DNA of 64,000 nt from Tepidisphaera sp. (GTDB lineage Bacteria; Planctomycetota; Phycisphaerae; Phycisphaerales; UBA1924): positions 1,120,001 through 1,184,000 of the forward strand of contig CP051526.1 of the NCBI GenBank assembly GCA_050916045.1, given 5' to 3'. Position numbers and translations under genes: made by a program. Shown here in pieces: positions 41,855-51,312 of this stretch. Each line of letters begins with the position of its first letter. Position 1 is the stretch's first letter. Below the pieces are notes generated by a model that worked only from the letters and a program-made list of their open reading frames with translations, was not told where the DNA came from and made no database searches.

Positions 41855-43726
41855 GTGCTGATGATTCCTGTCCTTGCGATGATGACGGCCTTTGCGATTC
41901 AACCCGGCGACGCCGTGACCGATCCGGCGCTGCGGCTTCATTTCGGTCTGCATGTCGGGACGGCGACGGAAACGACGAAGACGGACGCTTCGGGGCGGGT
42001 CACGGCTTTGATCGCGGGCAAGCCGGTCAAGGCGACGGTGGGTCCGAGCGAGGGCTACGGGTTCAACGGCAAGACGGACTGGTTCACGGTCGCGGATTCG
42101 GTGGCGAAGGCACGGGAACTTCTGCCGTCGCGTGAGATGACGGTGTCGGCTTGGGTGAGCGTGAACGAGGTTCAGACCTGGGGATCGGTGATCGGCTGCG
42201 TTCAGGACAACGGCGGTGCCGAAGCGGGGTGGGTGCTCGGGCACAACACGGAGCATTTCACGTTCGGGCTGGCTTCCAAGGGTGGAAGCGACGCGGACGG
42301 CCGACTCACGTATCTCGAGGGTTCGACGCCGATCGTGCAGGGCAAGTGGTACCACGTCGCGGGGACGTACGACGGGGCGGTGATGCGGCTTTACGTCAAC
42401 GGGAAAATGGAAGCGGAGACGAAGGTCCAGTCCGGGGACATTCTCTATCCGACGGAAGCGGGAGTGCCGTTCAACATCGGCTGCTTCCAGGACCAGAACG
42501 AGAAGCACCCGTTTAGCGGCGTTATTCTGGAAGCGAAGATGCACTCGCGGGTTCTGCCGGAGTCCGCGCTGACGACGGAAGCGGCGGCGGGGGCGAGGCT
42601 TCTGAGCTATGACCCGCCGTACAGCCAGACGCAGAAGTTCCTCGTGACGCCGTACCTGCAGGGTGCGACGCAGACGGGCATGACGATTTCGTGGGAGACG
42701 GCCAGGCCGGCTCGCGGGTATGTCGAGTATGGAGAGCGGCTGCCGTATGACCGCAAGACGGAGACGGGGCCCTTGGCGACGATGCACGAGATTCGCCTTG
42801 AGGGCCTCAAGCCGGAAACGCAGTACTTCTACCGTGTGCACGCGGTCGCGGAAGGGGCGGAAAGTGAATCCGCAGCGAATCTGGTGGGTGAGCCGCTGAC
42901 GCTTCGGACGGCGGTGCTGCCGGAGTCGCCCTTCGCGTTCGTCGCGATCGGTGACACGCAGAAGAATCCCGAGGTGATCAAGCGTCTTCAGACGTTCGCG
43001 TACTCGCTTCGTCCGAACTTTGAGATTCACCTCGGGGACGTCGTGAACGAGGGTCCGGACAAGAACGAGTGGACGAAGGAGTTCTTCCCCGGGTCGGCTC
43101 CGCTGATCAGCCGCGTGCCGATCTTCCCCGCCATCGGCAACCATGAGAAGAACCACTCGCTCTACTACCAGTACTTCAACCTCCCGGGCCCCGAGTACCG
43201 GTACACGTACACGTACGGGAACGCTCAGTTCTTCGTGATCGACACGAACAAGCCGGTGGTTCCGGGCAGCGAGCAGTACAAGTGGCTCGACGAGGAACTC
43301 GCCAAGTCCAAAGCGACGTGGAAGTTCTGCTACCACCACCACACGGTGTGGTGCTCGGACGAGGACGATTACGGCGATACGTACAAGGAGACCTCGACCT
43401 GGGGCGACCTGCGGCACCGTCCGCTCGCGGGGCTTTACGAGAAGCACCGCGTCGACATGGTCTTCAACGGGCACGTCCACTGCTACGAGCGGACCTGGCC
43501 GATCCTGGGCGACAAGATCGATCAGGATAACGGCGTGATCTACGTGACCAGCGGGGGCGGCGGAGGCGGGCTGGAGTCGGCCGCGCCGTCGCGGACGTGG
43601 TTCCAGCACCGCACGTACCGCGGGCACCACGTGACGTACGTCACGATCCACGGCAAGTCGCTCCACCTGCAGGCTTTTGATCTCGAAGGCCGGCTGTTTG
43701 ACACGATGGAACTCAAGAAGAAGTGA
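41855..43726 (+). CDS. LamG + FN3-like + calcineurin-like metallophosphoesterase (PAP-like)
   Basis: WYHVAGTYDG..LYVNG LamG; GDT, GDVV, GNHE, HHH, GHVHCYER; AAGGAG RBS. Confidence 0.9.
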   Translation: MLMIPVLAMMTAFAIQPGDAVTDPALRLHFGLHVGTATETTKTDASGRVTALIAGKPVKATVGPSEGYGFNGKTDWFTVADSVAKARELLPSREMTVSAWVSVNEVQTWGSVIGCVQDNGGAEAGWVLGHNTEHFTFGLASKGGSDADGRLTYLEGSTPIVQGKWYHVAGTYDGAVMRLYVNGKMEAETKVQSGDILYPTEAGVPFNIGCFQDQNEKHPFSGVILEAKMHSRVLPESALTTEAAAGARLLSYDPPYSQTQKFLVTPYLQGATQTGMTISWETARPARGYVEYGERLPYDRKTETGPLATMHEIRLEGLKPETQYFYRVHAVAEGAESESAANLVGEPLTLRTAVLPESPFAFVAIGDTQKNPEVIKRLQTFAYSLRPNFEIHLGDVVNEGPDKNEWTKEFFPGSAPLISRVPIFPAIGNHEKNHSLYYQYFNLPGPEYRYTYTYGNAQFFVIDTNKPVVPGSEQYKWLDEELAKSKATWKFCYHHHTVWCSDEDDYGDTYKETSTWGDLRHRPLAGLYEKHRVDMVFNGHVHCYERTWPILGDKIDQDNGVIYVTSGGGGGGLESAAPSRTWFQHRTYRGHHVTYVTIHGKSLHLQAFDLEGRLFDTMELKKK

Positions 43727-43738
43727 GGAAACGAGAAT

Positions 43739-43783
43739 CTTCGCGGATTCTTCACCCGGCGATGGGATCTCGGGACTTACGCT
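43739..43783 (+). promoter_or_regulatory. 11-bp repeats plus -10 upstream of the HAD gene
   Basis: CTTCGCGGATT CTTCACCCGGC, then TACGCT at 43778, 6 nt before the ATG. Confidence 0.6.
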
Positions 43784-43789
43784 CGCCCC

Positions 43790-44461
43790 ATGCCAAGGCC
43801 GCTGGTTGATCTTTTCGTGTTCGACATCGCGGGGACCACGGTGAAGGACGACAACGTCGTTCAGCGGGCGTTCGACCGCGTGATCGATCGGAGTAAGCTG
43901 ACCGTGCCAAGCGGATGGATCCGCGAACGGATGGGTTGGAACAAGGTGCAGGTCTTCGCCGAGGCTCTGGCGATGAACGGTCGCGACACGGGGCCCGCGG
44001 GCGAGCTCGCGACGGAGTTCACCGGCGAGATCATCTCGATGATGGATGAAAGCCCGCCCGTGGCGCTGCCGGGAGCCGCCGAGGCGCTGCGGAAGCTGCG
44101 TGCCGCGGGGGTGATGATCGCGTTCAACACCGGGTACTCGGCGGCGCTCGCTTCGGAGATCATCCACCGCATGGGATGGGCGCCCGATGCGATCGTGGGT
44201 TCGGACCTCGTAGCTCACGGACGGCCCGCGCCGGACATGATCCACCTCGCGATGGAGCGCACCGGAGTTACGGACGCCGGCCGCGTGGGCGTCATCGGCG
44301 ACACACCGAGCGACCTGAAAGCCGGCACTGCCGCCGGGTGCCGCTTTGTGATCGGCGTGGGGCATGGCACGTTCACGCTCGCGGAGTTGGGCGGTTCGCC
44401 GCACACGCACCTCGTGCCCGATCTCGAGAGTCTGCCGGAGATTCTGAATGTCCTCGTATGA
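43790..44461 (+). CDS. Phosphonatase-like HAD hydrolase (PhnX-like, TIGR03351 type)
   Basis: DIAGT motif I, cap MGWNK lysine, GRPAPD (Arg in motif III), GDTPSD. Confidence 0.85.
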   Translation: MPRPLVDLFVFDIAGTTVKDDNVVQRAFDRVIDRSKLTVPSGWIRERMGWNKVQVFAEALAMNGRDTGPAGELATEFTGEIISMMDESPPVALPGAAEALRKLRAAGVMIAFNTGYSAALASEIIHRMGWAPDAIVGSDLVAHGRPAPDMIHLAMERTGVTDAGRVGVIGDTPSDLKAGTAAGCRFVIGVGHGTFTLAELGGSPHTHLVPDLESLPEILNVLV

Positions 44462-45611
44462 CGTGCTGGTGGTTGGCGGGGGAATTGTCGGGCTGGCGCA
44501 TGCTCTGGAAGCCCAGCGGCGCGGGCTCTCGGTGCTGCTTTGCGAGCGTGCTCCCCGCGCGGTCGGAGCGTCCATCCGCAACTTCGGGATGGTGTGGCCG
44601 ATCGGTCAGCCGGCGGGCCGCGGGTTTCAGCGGGCGCTGAAGTCGCGGGCGATCTACCTCGATCTGGCCGCCAAAGCGGGCTTCTGGGTCGAGCCGGTCG
44701 GGTCCCTCCACGCGGTGCACCACGAGGATGAGCTCGAATGCGTCGACCAGTTCGTCGAGCGCACGCGTCCATTCGGGTTTGAAGTCTCGCGGCTTTCCGC
44801 GAAGGAAGCGATCGCCCGTTGCCCCGCGCTGCGGCCCGAGCGGCTGCTGGGGGCTCTATGGAGCGCGACCGAACTGGCGGTGAACCCGCGCGAGGTGGTG
44901 GCCAAGCTTCACGCCTACCTGGCCACGCTGCCGCGGGCCGAGGTGCGGGTGGGGTGCGCCGTTCGCCGCATCGAGCATCCCAAAGCCGAGCTGGCTTCGG
45001 GCGAAGTCGTCACGGCGAAGCGGATCTTCGTCTGCGGCGGCGATGACGTCGAAACGCTTTACCCGGAGATCTTCCGCGCTGCTCCGGTGTCGCGTTGCAA
45101 GCTTCAGATGATGCGGACGATCGTGCAGCCGGGCGGATTCAGGCTTGGGACGCACGTCGCCGCGGGGAGCACGCTCCGGCACTATCCGGTGTTCAAGGGG
45201 TTGCCGGCGCTGGATTCGGTGCGGGCCCGGTTCGCTCGCGATCTGCCGCACTTTGACCGCTGGGGCATCCATGTGATGGCGTCCCAGACGCGCGAGGGCG
45301 AGATCACCATCGGCGACAGCCACGAGTACGGGGATCTGCTCGATCCGTTCGATCAGGATCAGATCGATCGCTGGATTCTCGACTACCTGACGGGCTTCCT
45401 GCACCTGCCGGATCTGACGATCGCGCAGCGGTGGCACGGGGTGTATCTCAAGCGGATGGACGGGTTGCTTGAGTTCATCCACGAGCCCGAGCCGGGGGTG
45501 CGGATCGTGACCGGGCTGGGAGGGAACGGCATGACGCTTTCGCTGGGTCTGGCGGTCGAGCACTTTGAGTCGCTGGATCGAGGGCAGGCGTGGGTGCCGA
45601 CGCCGGCGTGA
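44448..45611 (+). CDS. FAD-dependent oxidoreductase, TIGR03364 type (PbfC-like)
   Basis: GGGIVG, GASIRNFGMVWPIGQP, CKLQMMRT, IGDSHEY, RWHGVY, GGNGMT. Confidence 0.88.
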   Translation: MSSYDVLVVGGGIVGLAHALEAQRRGLSVLLCERAPRAVGASIRNFGMVWPIGQPAGRGFQRALKSRAIYLDLAAKAGFWVEPVGSLHAVHHEDELECVDQFVERTRPFGFEVSRLSAKEAIARCPALRPERLLGALWSATELAVNPREVVAKLHAYLATLPRAEVRVGCAVRRIEHPKAELASGEVVTAKRIFVCGGDDVETLYPEIFRAAPVSRCKLQMMRTIVQPGGFRLGTHVAAGSTLRHYPVFKGLPALDSVRARFARDLPHFDRWGIHVMASQTREGEITIGDSHEYGDLLDPFDQDQIDRWILDYLTGFLHLPDLTIAQRWHGVYLKRMDGLLEFIHEPEPGVRIVTGLGGNGMTLSLGLAVEHFESLDRGQAWVPTPA

Positions 45612-45677
45612 TCGGCTTGAGATCATGGCGGCCTCATGCGGACTTGTTGCGGAGCTGAGGCGCACTTGCCGGGGAGT

Positions 45678-45721
45678 CTTCGCGGAGTCTTCGTCGAGTC
45701 TTCGCGTGACCTGCACAAGGT
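45678..45721 (+). promoter_or_regulatory. Four 11-bp direct repeats (Pho-box-like) upstream of the MFS gene
   Basis: CTTCGCGGAGT CTTCGTCGAGT CTTCGCGTGAC CTGCACAAGGT; TAAGGT at 45738. Confidence 0.7.
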
Positions 45722-45752
45722 GGGCTCGGCGTTTCGGTAAGGTCGTCCCGCG

Positions 45753-47093
45753 ATGACCACCCATCCTACCGACGTACCTCCCGGCGCTCCGGCCGTTCCA
45801 GTTGTGCCCGCGGTTTCGTCGGCCCGGTGGACTTCCGGCCAGATTCTGACGCTTGTCGCGCTCACGCTCGGCTACACCGGGTTCTACCTCTGCCGCGTGA
45901 ACTATTCGGTTTCCAAGCCTTCGCTTCTGAAGGAGTTCGGATCGCAGGGGGTGGATTCGGTCGCGCTGGGAGCGGTCGATTCGGCGGGGACGCTCTGCTA
46001 CGCGTTTGGCAAGATCCTGCTCGGGATCGCTGCGGACTTCTTCTCGGCCAAGGGCGTGTTCATTCTGGCGATGGCGGGGTCGGTCGCGGCGACGGTCGCG
46101 TTCGCGGCGTCATCGGGGCGAGTGGGGTTTCTCCTGTCGTGGTGCGTCAATCGATCGGTGCAGTCCGCGGGTTGGGGCGCGCTGACGAAGATCACGTCGC
46201 GGTGGTTCGCCGCCGATCAGTACGGGCGGGCGATGGCCATCCTCGCGCTCTCGTACTTCTTCGGCGATGCGCTGGCACGCCTGCTCTACGGGCAGTTGCT
46301 CGAGAGCGGGATGAGCTGGCGCGGTTTGTACGTCACCGGAGCGGTGCTGCTCTCGATCCTCGCGGTTGCGTGCCTTTTCGCGATCCGCGAAGCTCCAGCC
46401 CAGCCGGTCGCCGCTTCGTCGCGCTCTGTCTTTGACGAAACCGGAGACAAGCCCAAGCCGGAGAGCCTCGGTGCGCTGCTCGCTCCGTTCTTTCAGAGCC
46501 CGGTCTTCTGGTGCGTGTGTGTGATGTCCGCGGGCCTGACGTTCACGCGAGAGACCTTCAACTCGTGGACGCCGCTTTACCTTTCGGAGAGTCTGGGGCT
46601 CACGCCCGCGGAAGCCGCACGCTCAAGCTCGCTGTTTCCGTTCTTCGGGGGGATCTCGGTGCTCGCGGCGGGGTGGGCGAGCGATCGTCTGTTCCGCGGA
46701 CGGCGTGGCGTGGTGATGGTGTTCATGCTGATCCCGGCGTGCGTCTGCCTGATCGGGCTTTCGATGACGGGCCCGGAGAGCGATCCATGGACGGGTCGGA
46801 TGCTGATCAGCGGCGCGGCTTTGGGAATGCTGGGGCCGTACGCGTTCCTGTCGGGCGCGATCGCGCTGGACCTTGGAAGCCGCAAGGGGAGTGCATCGGC
46901 GGCGGGCATGATCGACGCGGTGGGTTACTTCGCCGGAGCGCTCGCCGGGGCTCCGATTGCCAAGATCGCCAAGGGCTGGGGCTGGTCCGGGGCGTTCACG
47001 ACGCTCGCCGCCACGGTGGTCGTCGTGACGTTTGCGGCCGCGATGTACTGGCGGAGCGAGCGGCGCAAGGACCGAGCGGCGGGCACGGCCTGA
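45753..47093 (+). CDS. MFS transporter, organophosphate:Pi antiporter (GlpT/UhpT-like)
   Basis: GYTGFYLCRVNYS, YAFGK, QSAGW, RWF, GWASDR; about 12 TMs. Confidence 0.82.
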   Translation: MTTHPTDVPPGAPAVPVVPAVSSARWTSGQILTLVALTLGYTGFYLCRVNYSVSKPSLLKEFGSQGVDSVALGAVDSAGTLCYAFGKILLGIAADFFSAKGVFILAMAGSVAATVAFAASSGRVGFLLSWCVNRSVQSAGWGALTKITSRWFAADQYGRAMAILALSYFFGDALARLLYGQLLESGMSWRGLYVTGAVLLSILAVACLFAIREAPAQPVAASSRSVFDETGDKPKPESLGALLAPFFQSPVFWCVCVMSAGLTFTRETFNSWTPLYLSESLGLTPAEAARSSSLFPFFGGISVLAAGWASDRLFRGRRGVVMVFMLIPACVCLIGLSMTGPESDPWTGRMLISGAALGMLGPYAFLSGAIALDLGSRKGSASAAGMIDAVGYFAGALAGAPIAKIAKGWGWSGAFTTLAATVVVVTFAAAMYWRSERRKDRAAGTA

Positions 47094-47128
47094 GGGGTAC
47101 CGCTGCCGCGAGTGGGGGCCGCGGTCGG

Positions 47129-47158
47129 AAAAACGACAACGCCCGGCAAGCCGGGCGT
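47129..47158 (-). terminator. Terminator after tRNA-Glu
   Basis: ACGCCCGG/CCGGGCGT stem, then TGTCGTTTTT on the minus strand. Confidence 0.65.
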
Positions 47159-47165
47159 GTCTGAA

Positions 47166-47240
47166 TGACCCCATTGGGATTCGAACCCAAGTTTTCAGGA
47201 TGAGAACCTGACGTCCTGGACCAGGCTAGACGATGGGGCC
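47166..47240 (-). tRNA. tRNA-Glu(CTC)
   Basis: GGCCCCA/TGGGGTC acceptor, TCAGG-TTCTCAT-CCTGA anticodon arm, GGTTCGAATCC. Confidence 0.96.
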
Positions 47241-47367
47241 ATCGAAGGACCGTTTCGCCAGGACGCCCAACAATAGCCCGTGGGAACGAAAATGGCCAAA
47301 CGGTCGCGGGACCATTTGGCCAGATCGGTGTGCGGTTCAGGGCTCTGAGACGGGTTTGCTGGCCGGA

Positions 47368-48216
47368 TCAGGCCGCTTCGCGCTGTTCTTCGGGTTCCGC
47401 TCGGGTGCCGGCCACGCCGTCGCGGGTCACGTAGAACAGGTCGTGCGTGATCGGGTAGGGCAAGCGGCGGTAATCCTGCTCGACGCGGGCGTGCAGGCGG
47501 CGGACAAACTTCTCCGGACCTGTCGACAGCGCCACGAACATGTCGCGAGCGGGGGTGGCGACGTAGAAGTCGCCGCCGAGGTGCGGAGCCAGGCGCTGGT
47601 GCAGGTCGCCCATGAGCAGGCGGGCAGCGTCGTACCCGTCGTGATGCCCGAGAATCGCGGCTTTCCCGCCTTCCTTGCTCTCGACGAACTGGACGTCGAG
47701 TTCGGGAGCGTACTTCTCGAGGTTCTCGCGGGCGATGAGGTCGAGGTCATCGACGGTGAGGTTCCAGCGGAGGACCTGCTCGGTGGTGATGCTCACGGTC
47801 ATCTGGGGCAGGTCGGTCACAAAGACGACGACGGTGCCGTTGACGAAGGGGATGTGAGCGACCTGCTCGCGGGCGAGGTGCTCGAAGATCGTTTCGGGCT
47901 GGATGCGGGGCATGATCCGCGGCCGGGCGAAATCCAGAGCCATGGTCATGACGCGGGCGGCGTCGGAAGCGAAGAGCTGCTCGACGTAGTGCTCGATGAT
48001 CTCGCCCGAGCGGTCCGGCTCGTTGGTCACCATGCGGTGGAGATTCTCGAGGTCGAGCCGGCGTCCGTTGACGAGCATCTCGCGCGGGCCGGTGAGGTCG
48101 ACCGAGAAATCCGGCTGCCGGTCGCGGAGCAGTTGGGCGACCATCTGGGCGAAATCCTGCGGCTCATTGCGGGAGTCACGGGGGTTCTGGTCGCGATCAC
48201 GAGATTTACCGGGCAT
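47368..48216 (-). CDS. DUF1444-like protein
   Basis: IMPRI, ARENL, DGYDAARLL, ATPARD pattern. Confidence 0.7.
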   Translation of the reverse strand: MPGKSRDRDQNPRDSRNEPQDFAQMVAQLLRDRQPDFSVDLTGPREMLVNGRRLDLENLHRMVTNEPDRSGEIIEHYVEQLFASDAARVMTMALDFARPRIMPRIQPETIFEHLAREQVAHIPFVNGTVVVFVTDLPQMTVSITTEQVLRWNLTVDDLDLIARENLEKYAPELDVQFVESKEGGKAAILGHHDGYDAARLLMGDLHQRLAPHLGGDFYVATPARDMFVALSTGPEKFVRRLHARVEQDYRRLPYPITHDLFYVTRDGVAGTRAEPEEQREAA

Positions 48217-48527
48217 CGGTCACTCCCTTTTCTGACGCCGGGAGGTGACGATCCTGATGGGCACGGCCCGCCAAGGAATCGTTCCTGAGGCAGGCAGTTC
48301 ATCGAGGTTCTATCCGTGCCGGGTGAGAATCAGTTCCACGCGCAGACCTTCGGGACGTTCGACGCGACGGATGTTCCGTCCGAGCATGGTCGAACGCTTC
48401 CTGCGGGTCGTGCGGGACCTTCGTGTTGTGCAGGCCAGGCGTGGGGCGGCGGCCCCTCGCGGGGCCTGCAGTTCGACCCTGCTTTGGGTGGACGGCTTCG
48501 GAGGCCAATGGAAGCGGGGAGGGTGTC

Positions 48528-48536
48528 TGGTATAAT
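48528..48536 (+). promoter_or_regulatory. Extended -10 promoter of acpP-fabF
   Basis: Perfect TGgTATAAT about 155 nt upstream of acpP. Confidence 0.7.
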
Positions 48537-48691
48537 GCCTTTCGCACCTGAGGAAGCCCGAGAGGGCCGCCTGGGGGCGCGGTTCGGTGGCGGTGAGGGT
48601 CGGGGGAGGGTGAAACGGGTACGGTCGGCGTGGCCGGCCTCCGCGGAAAGAGTGTGCAATCAGCAGTGTGGCAGTCAGCCTGGAGTAGTCC

Positions 48692-48937
48692 ATGACCGAG
48701 CAAGAGATTGAATCGAAGGTGATCGAGATCGTGGCCGAGCAGCTGCAGGTCGAGAAGGGCAAGATCTCTCGGACCACGAGCTTCGTCGACGACCTCAACG
48801 CCGACAGCCTCGATCAGGTCGAGCTGGTGATGGAGCTCGAAGACGCGTTCTCGACCCAGATCCCCGACGACCAGGCCGAGAAGCTCCGCACGGTCGGCGA
48901 AGCGGTCGACTTCATCAAGACGGCCAAGGCCAAGTAA
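48692..48937 (+). CDS. acpP: Acyl carrier protein
   Basis: [24 protein letters not shown]. Confidence 0.97.
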   Translation: MTEQEIESKVIEIVAEQLQVEKGKISRTTSFVDDLNADSLDQVELVMELEDAFSTQIPDDQAEKLRTVGEAVDFIKTAKAK

Positions 48938-49018
48938 GTTCCTCCTGCGTCCCAAGCGTGCTTCGGCTGAGGCGAGGGTGCTCACGCGCCGCTCGGGCGC
49001 CGATTTCCGGACGTTCCA

Positions 49019-50299
49019 ATGCAGCGAAATCAATCGACGCGTGTGGTGATCACCGGCATCGGGGCTGTGACCAATCTCGGTCATGACGCTCCGTCCACCT
49101 GGGCTGGCATGCGCGAGGGCCGAAGCGGCATCAGCACCATCGAGGGTGATGACTTCAGGCTTTACCAGAACTGGGCCTGCACCATCGGCGGGCAGATCCG
49201 CGGCTGGGACGTCGCCCAGACCGGCGCCGTCGACCCGCGGGAAGCCCGCCGGCTCGACCGCGTGACGCATTTCGGGCTCGCTTCCGCTCACGAAGCCGTG
49301 CTCCAAGCCGGCATTGATTTTTCGAAGGAGAATCCGGAGCGGTGCGGCGTCATCGTCGGGAGCGGCATCGGCGGCATCAAGACGATCGAAGAGCAGACGC
49401 TCGTCATGCGTGACCGCGGGCCGGACCGGATCAACCCGTTCACTGTGCCGCGTCTGATGATCAACGCGACGGCCGGGAACATCTCGATCAAGTACGGCTT
49501 GCAGGGCCCGAGCAGCGCCCACGCCACGGCGTGCGCGAGCAGCGGGCACGCCATCGGCGAAGCGATCGACATCATCCAACGCGGCTGGGCCGATGTTGTT
49601 ATCGCCGGCGGCTGCGAGATGGCGGTGACGCCCCTGTGCATCGGCGCGTTCATGACGATGAAAGCCCTGTCGACGCGGAACGATGCGCCGACGAAAGCGA
49701 GCCGTCCCTTCGACAAGGATCGCGACGGGTTCGTCATGGGCGAGGGCGGCGCGATGATGGTGCTCGAAAGCGAAGCCCACGCAAAAGCCCGCGGTGCGAC
49801 GATCTACGCCGAGCTTCTCGGCGTCGGCAACACCTGCGACGCTGGCCACATCACGGCTCCCGACCCCAACGGCGGAGGCGCGGCCCGGTCGATGAAGATG
49901 GCTCTTCGCGAGTCGAACCTCAACCCGACGGACATCGGGTACGTCAACGCCCACGGCACGAGCACGCCCCTTGGCGACAAAGCCGAGGTGATGGCGGCCC
50001 TGAGCGTCTTCGGCGACCACGCTCGCAAATCCGCGGGTGGCAAGCTGCTGATGAGCTCGACCAAGAGCATGCACGGGCACACGCTCGGAGCGTCGGGCGC
50101 GGTCGAGATGATCGCGTGCATCCACGCGGTGCGCGAGGGGATCATCGCTCCGACGATCAATCTCGACTCGCCGGATGAAGGCTTTGACGTGGACCTGGTG
50201 CCGCACCACGCCCGCGAGCGTCGCGTGAAGTACGCGATGAACAACACGTTCGGCTTCGGCGGTCACAACGTGACGCTGATCGTCGGGCGGTACGAGTAA
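49019..50299 (+). CDS. fabF: Beta-ketoacyl-ACP synthase II
   Basis: TACASS, NAHGTST, TKSMHGH, FGFGGHN. Confidence 0.96.
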   Translation: MQRNQSTRVVITGIGAVTNLGHDAPSTWAGMREGRSGISTIEGDDFRLYQNWACTIGGQIRGWDVAQTGAVDPREARRLDRVTHFGLASAHEAVLQAGIDFSKENPERCGVIVGSGIGGIKTIEEQTLVMRDRGPDRINPFTVPRLMINATAGNISIKYGLQGPSSAHATACASSGHAIGEAIDIIQRGWADVVIAGGCEMAVTPLCIGAFMTMKALSTRNDAPTKASRPFDKDRDGFVMGEGGAMMVLESEAHAKARGATIYAELLGVGNTCDAGHITAPDPNGGGAARSMKMALRESNLNPTDIGYVNAHGTSTPLGDKAEVMAALSVFGDHARKSAGGKLLMSSTKSMHGHTLGASGAVEMIACIHAVREGIIAPTINLDSPDEGFDVDLVPHHARERRVKYAMNNTFGFGGHNVTLIVGRYE

Positions 50300-50332
50300 G
50301 CAGCGCGGCTGAGAGCGCGAACAGCCGCGGAA

Positions 50333-50962
50333 TCAGCGGTCGCGACAACCTTCGTCCATCAGAAAGTGCCACAGCGTGGGATACTCGGGGTGAGCATTCT
50401 CGGGGTGTCCTTGCTCCCACAGGAAGACCTGACCGCCGACGGGTTCAACCCAGTATTCAAGCTCGGGCTCGTGGTGCGAAGCACCGATTCGAAGAAATCC
50501 GGGGCGTTGCCGTGCTTTCGCGATCGGCTGCTTGAAGTCGATCTGAGCGCCAATGCCTGAGATTTGACCCACAGCGTCAAGTGTCTCATGCCAGTCCGAA
50601 GGCCACCGATCACGGGTCGCGGGATCGACGTGGTCGCGGTCGGGTTGACGCGCGAGCCATTTCAGTACCGACGACTTCGCTTCGTCGGTCGGAACGCGGA
50701 AGAGTTTCGCAAGATCGTCGTCACGGTCCTTCATGTCGCTGTCGTGCCAGCGGTCCGACCACCGGAGGAAGAGAGCGCCGAAGCCGGTGAAAGCGATGCC
50801 GGCAGCAACACCCGCAGGAATCGTCCACCAATGGAACGCGCGGAAGACCGCGAAAAGCACGGCCGAGCCGAAAGCCGCGGTGTATGGAAGCGAGTTCAGC
50901 CAGTATCGACGCCATGTCCATGGCGTGGAAGTTTCGGCGGGTGATCGAAAGCTCGGAATCAA
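50333..50962 (-). CDS. Hypothetical 2-TM protein with possible SMI1/KNR4 (SUKH)-like domain
   Basis: Two TMs, then FLRIG...YWVEPVGGQVFLW...YPTLWHFL; start uncertain (TTG 50962, frame open to 51052). Confidence 0.5.
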   Translation of the reverse strand: MIPSFRSPAETSTPWTWRRYWLNSLPYTAAFGSAVLFAVFRAFHWWTIPAGVAAGIAFTGFGALFLRWSDRWHDSDMKDRDDDLAKLFRVPTDEAKSSVLKWLARQPDRDHVDPATRDRWPSDWHETLDAVGQISGIGAQIDFKQPIAKARQRPGFLRIGASHHEPELEYWVEPVGGQVFLWEQGHPENAHPEYPTLWHFLMDEGCRDR

Positions 50963-51012
50963 GCTTGCGACATCATACGGAAAAACGAGGAACGCGAGGC
51001 ACGCCGGACGAA

Positions 51013-51312
51013 TCAACGGTCGCGTATCGACGCCGGGCTCGTTCCGCCGCACTCAGGTCAGTTGTTCTTCGGGCTCAGGCCTTCAAACGAATAGCCGCAC
51101 TTTGCGCAACGATCGGCGGCTTTCGGCTTTGGTTCGATGCCCGAAAGTCGCCAGCCCGACAGCGCGGCAAGGGCCCAGATCGCACCGACGTAACCGACCT
51201 GAACCCATGGGTCAGCGGTGCTCAAAGTTGGTCCCAGTGTGACTCTGCCGACGAAAAAGAGAACCCCCGCGACGAGTAGCGTCCACAGTGCCGCTCCGAG
51301 AAGCCTGCTCAC
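51013..51312 (-). pseudogene. 2-TM zinc-ribbon protein interrupted by in-frame TGA (nonsense, error or recoding)
   Basis: CAKCGYSFEGLSPKNN-TGA-PECGG; TGA at 51058-51060, next stop at 51013-51015; GTGA overlap with ispH. Confidence 0.65.
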
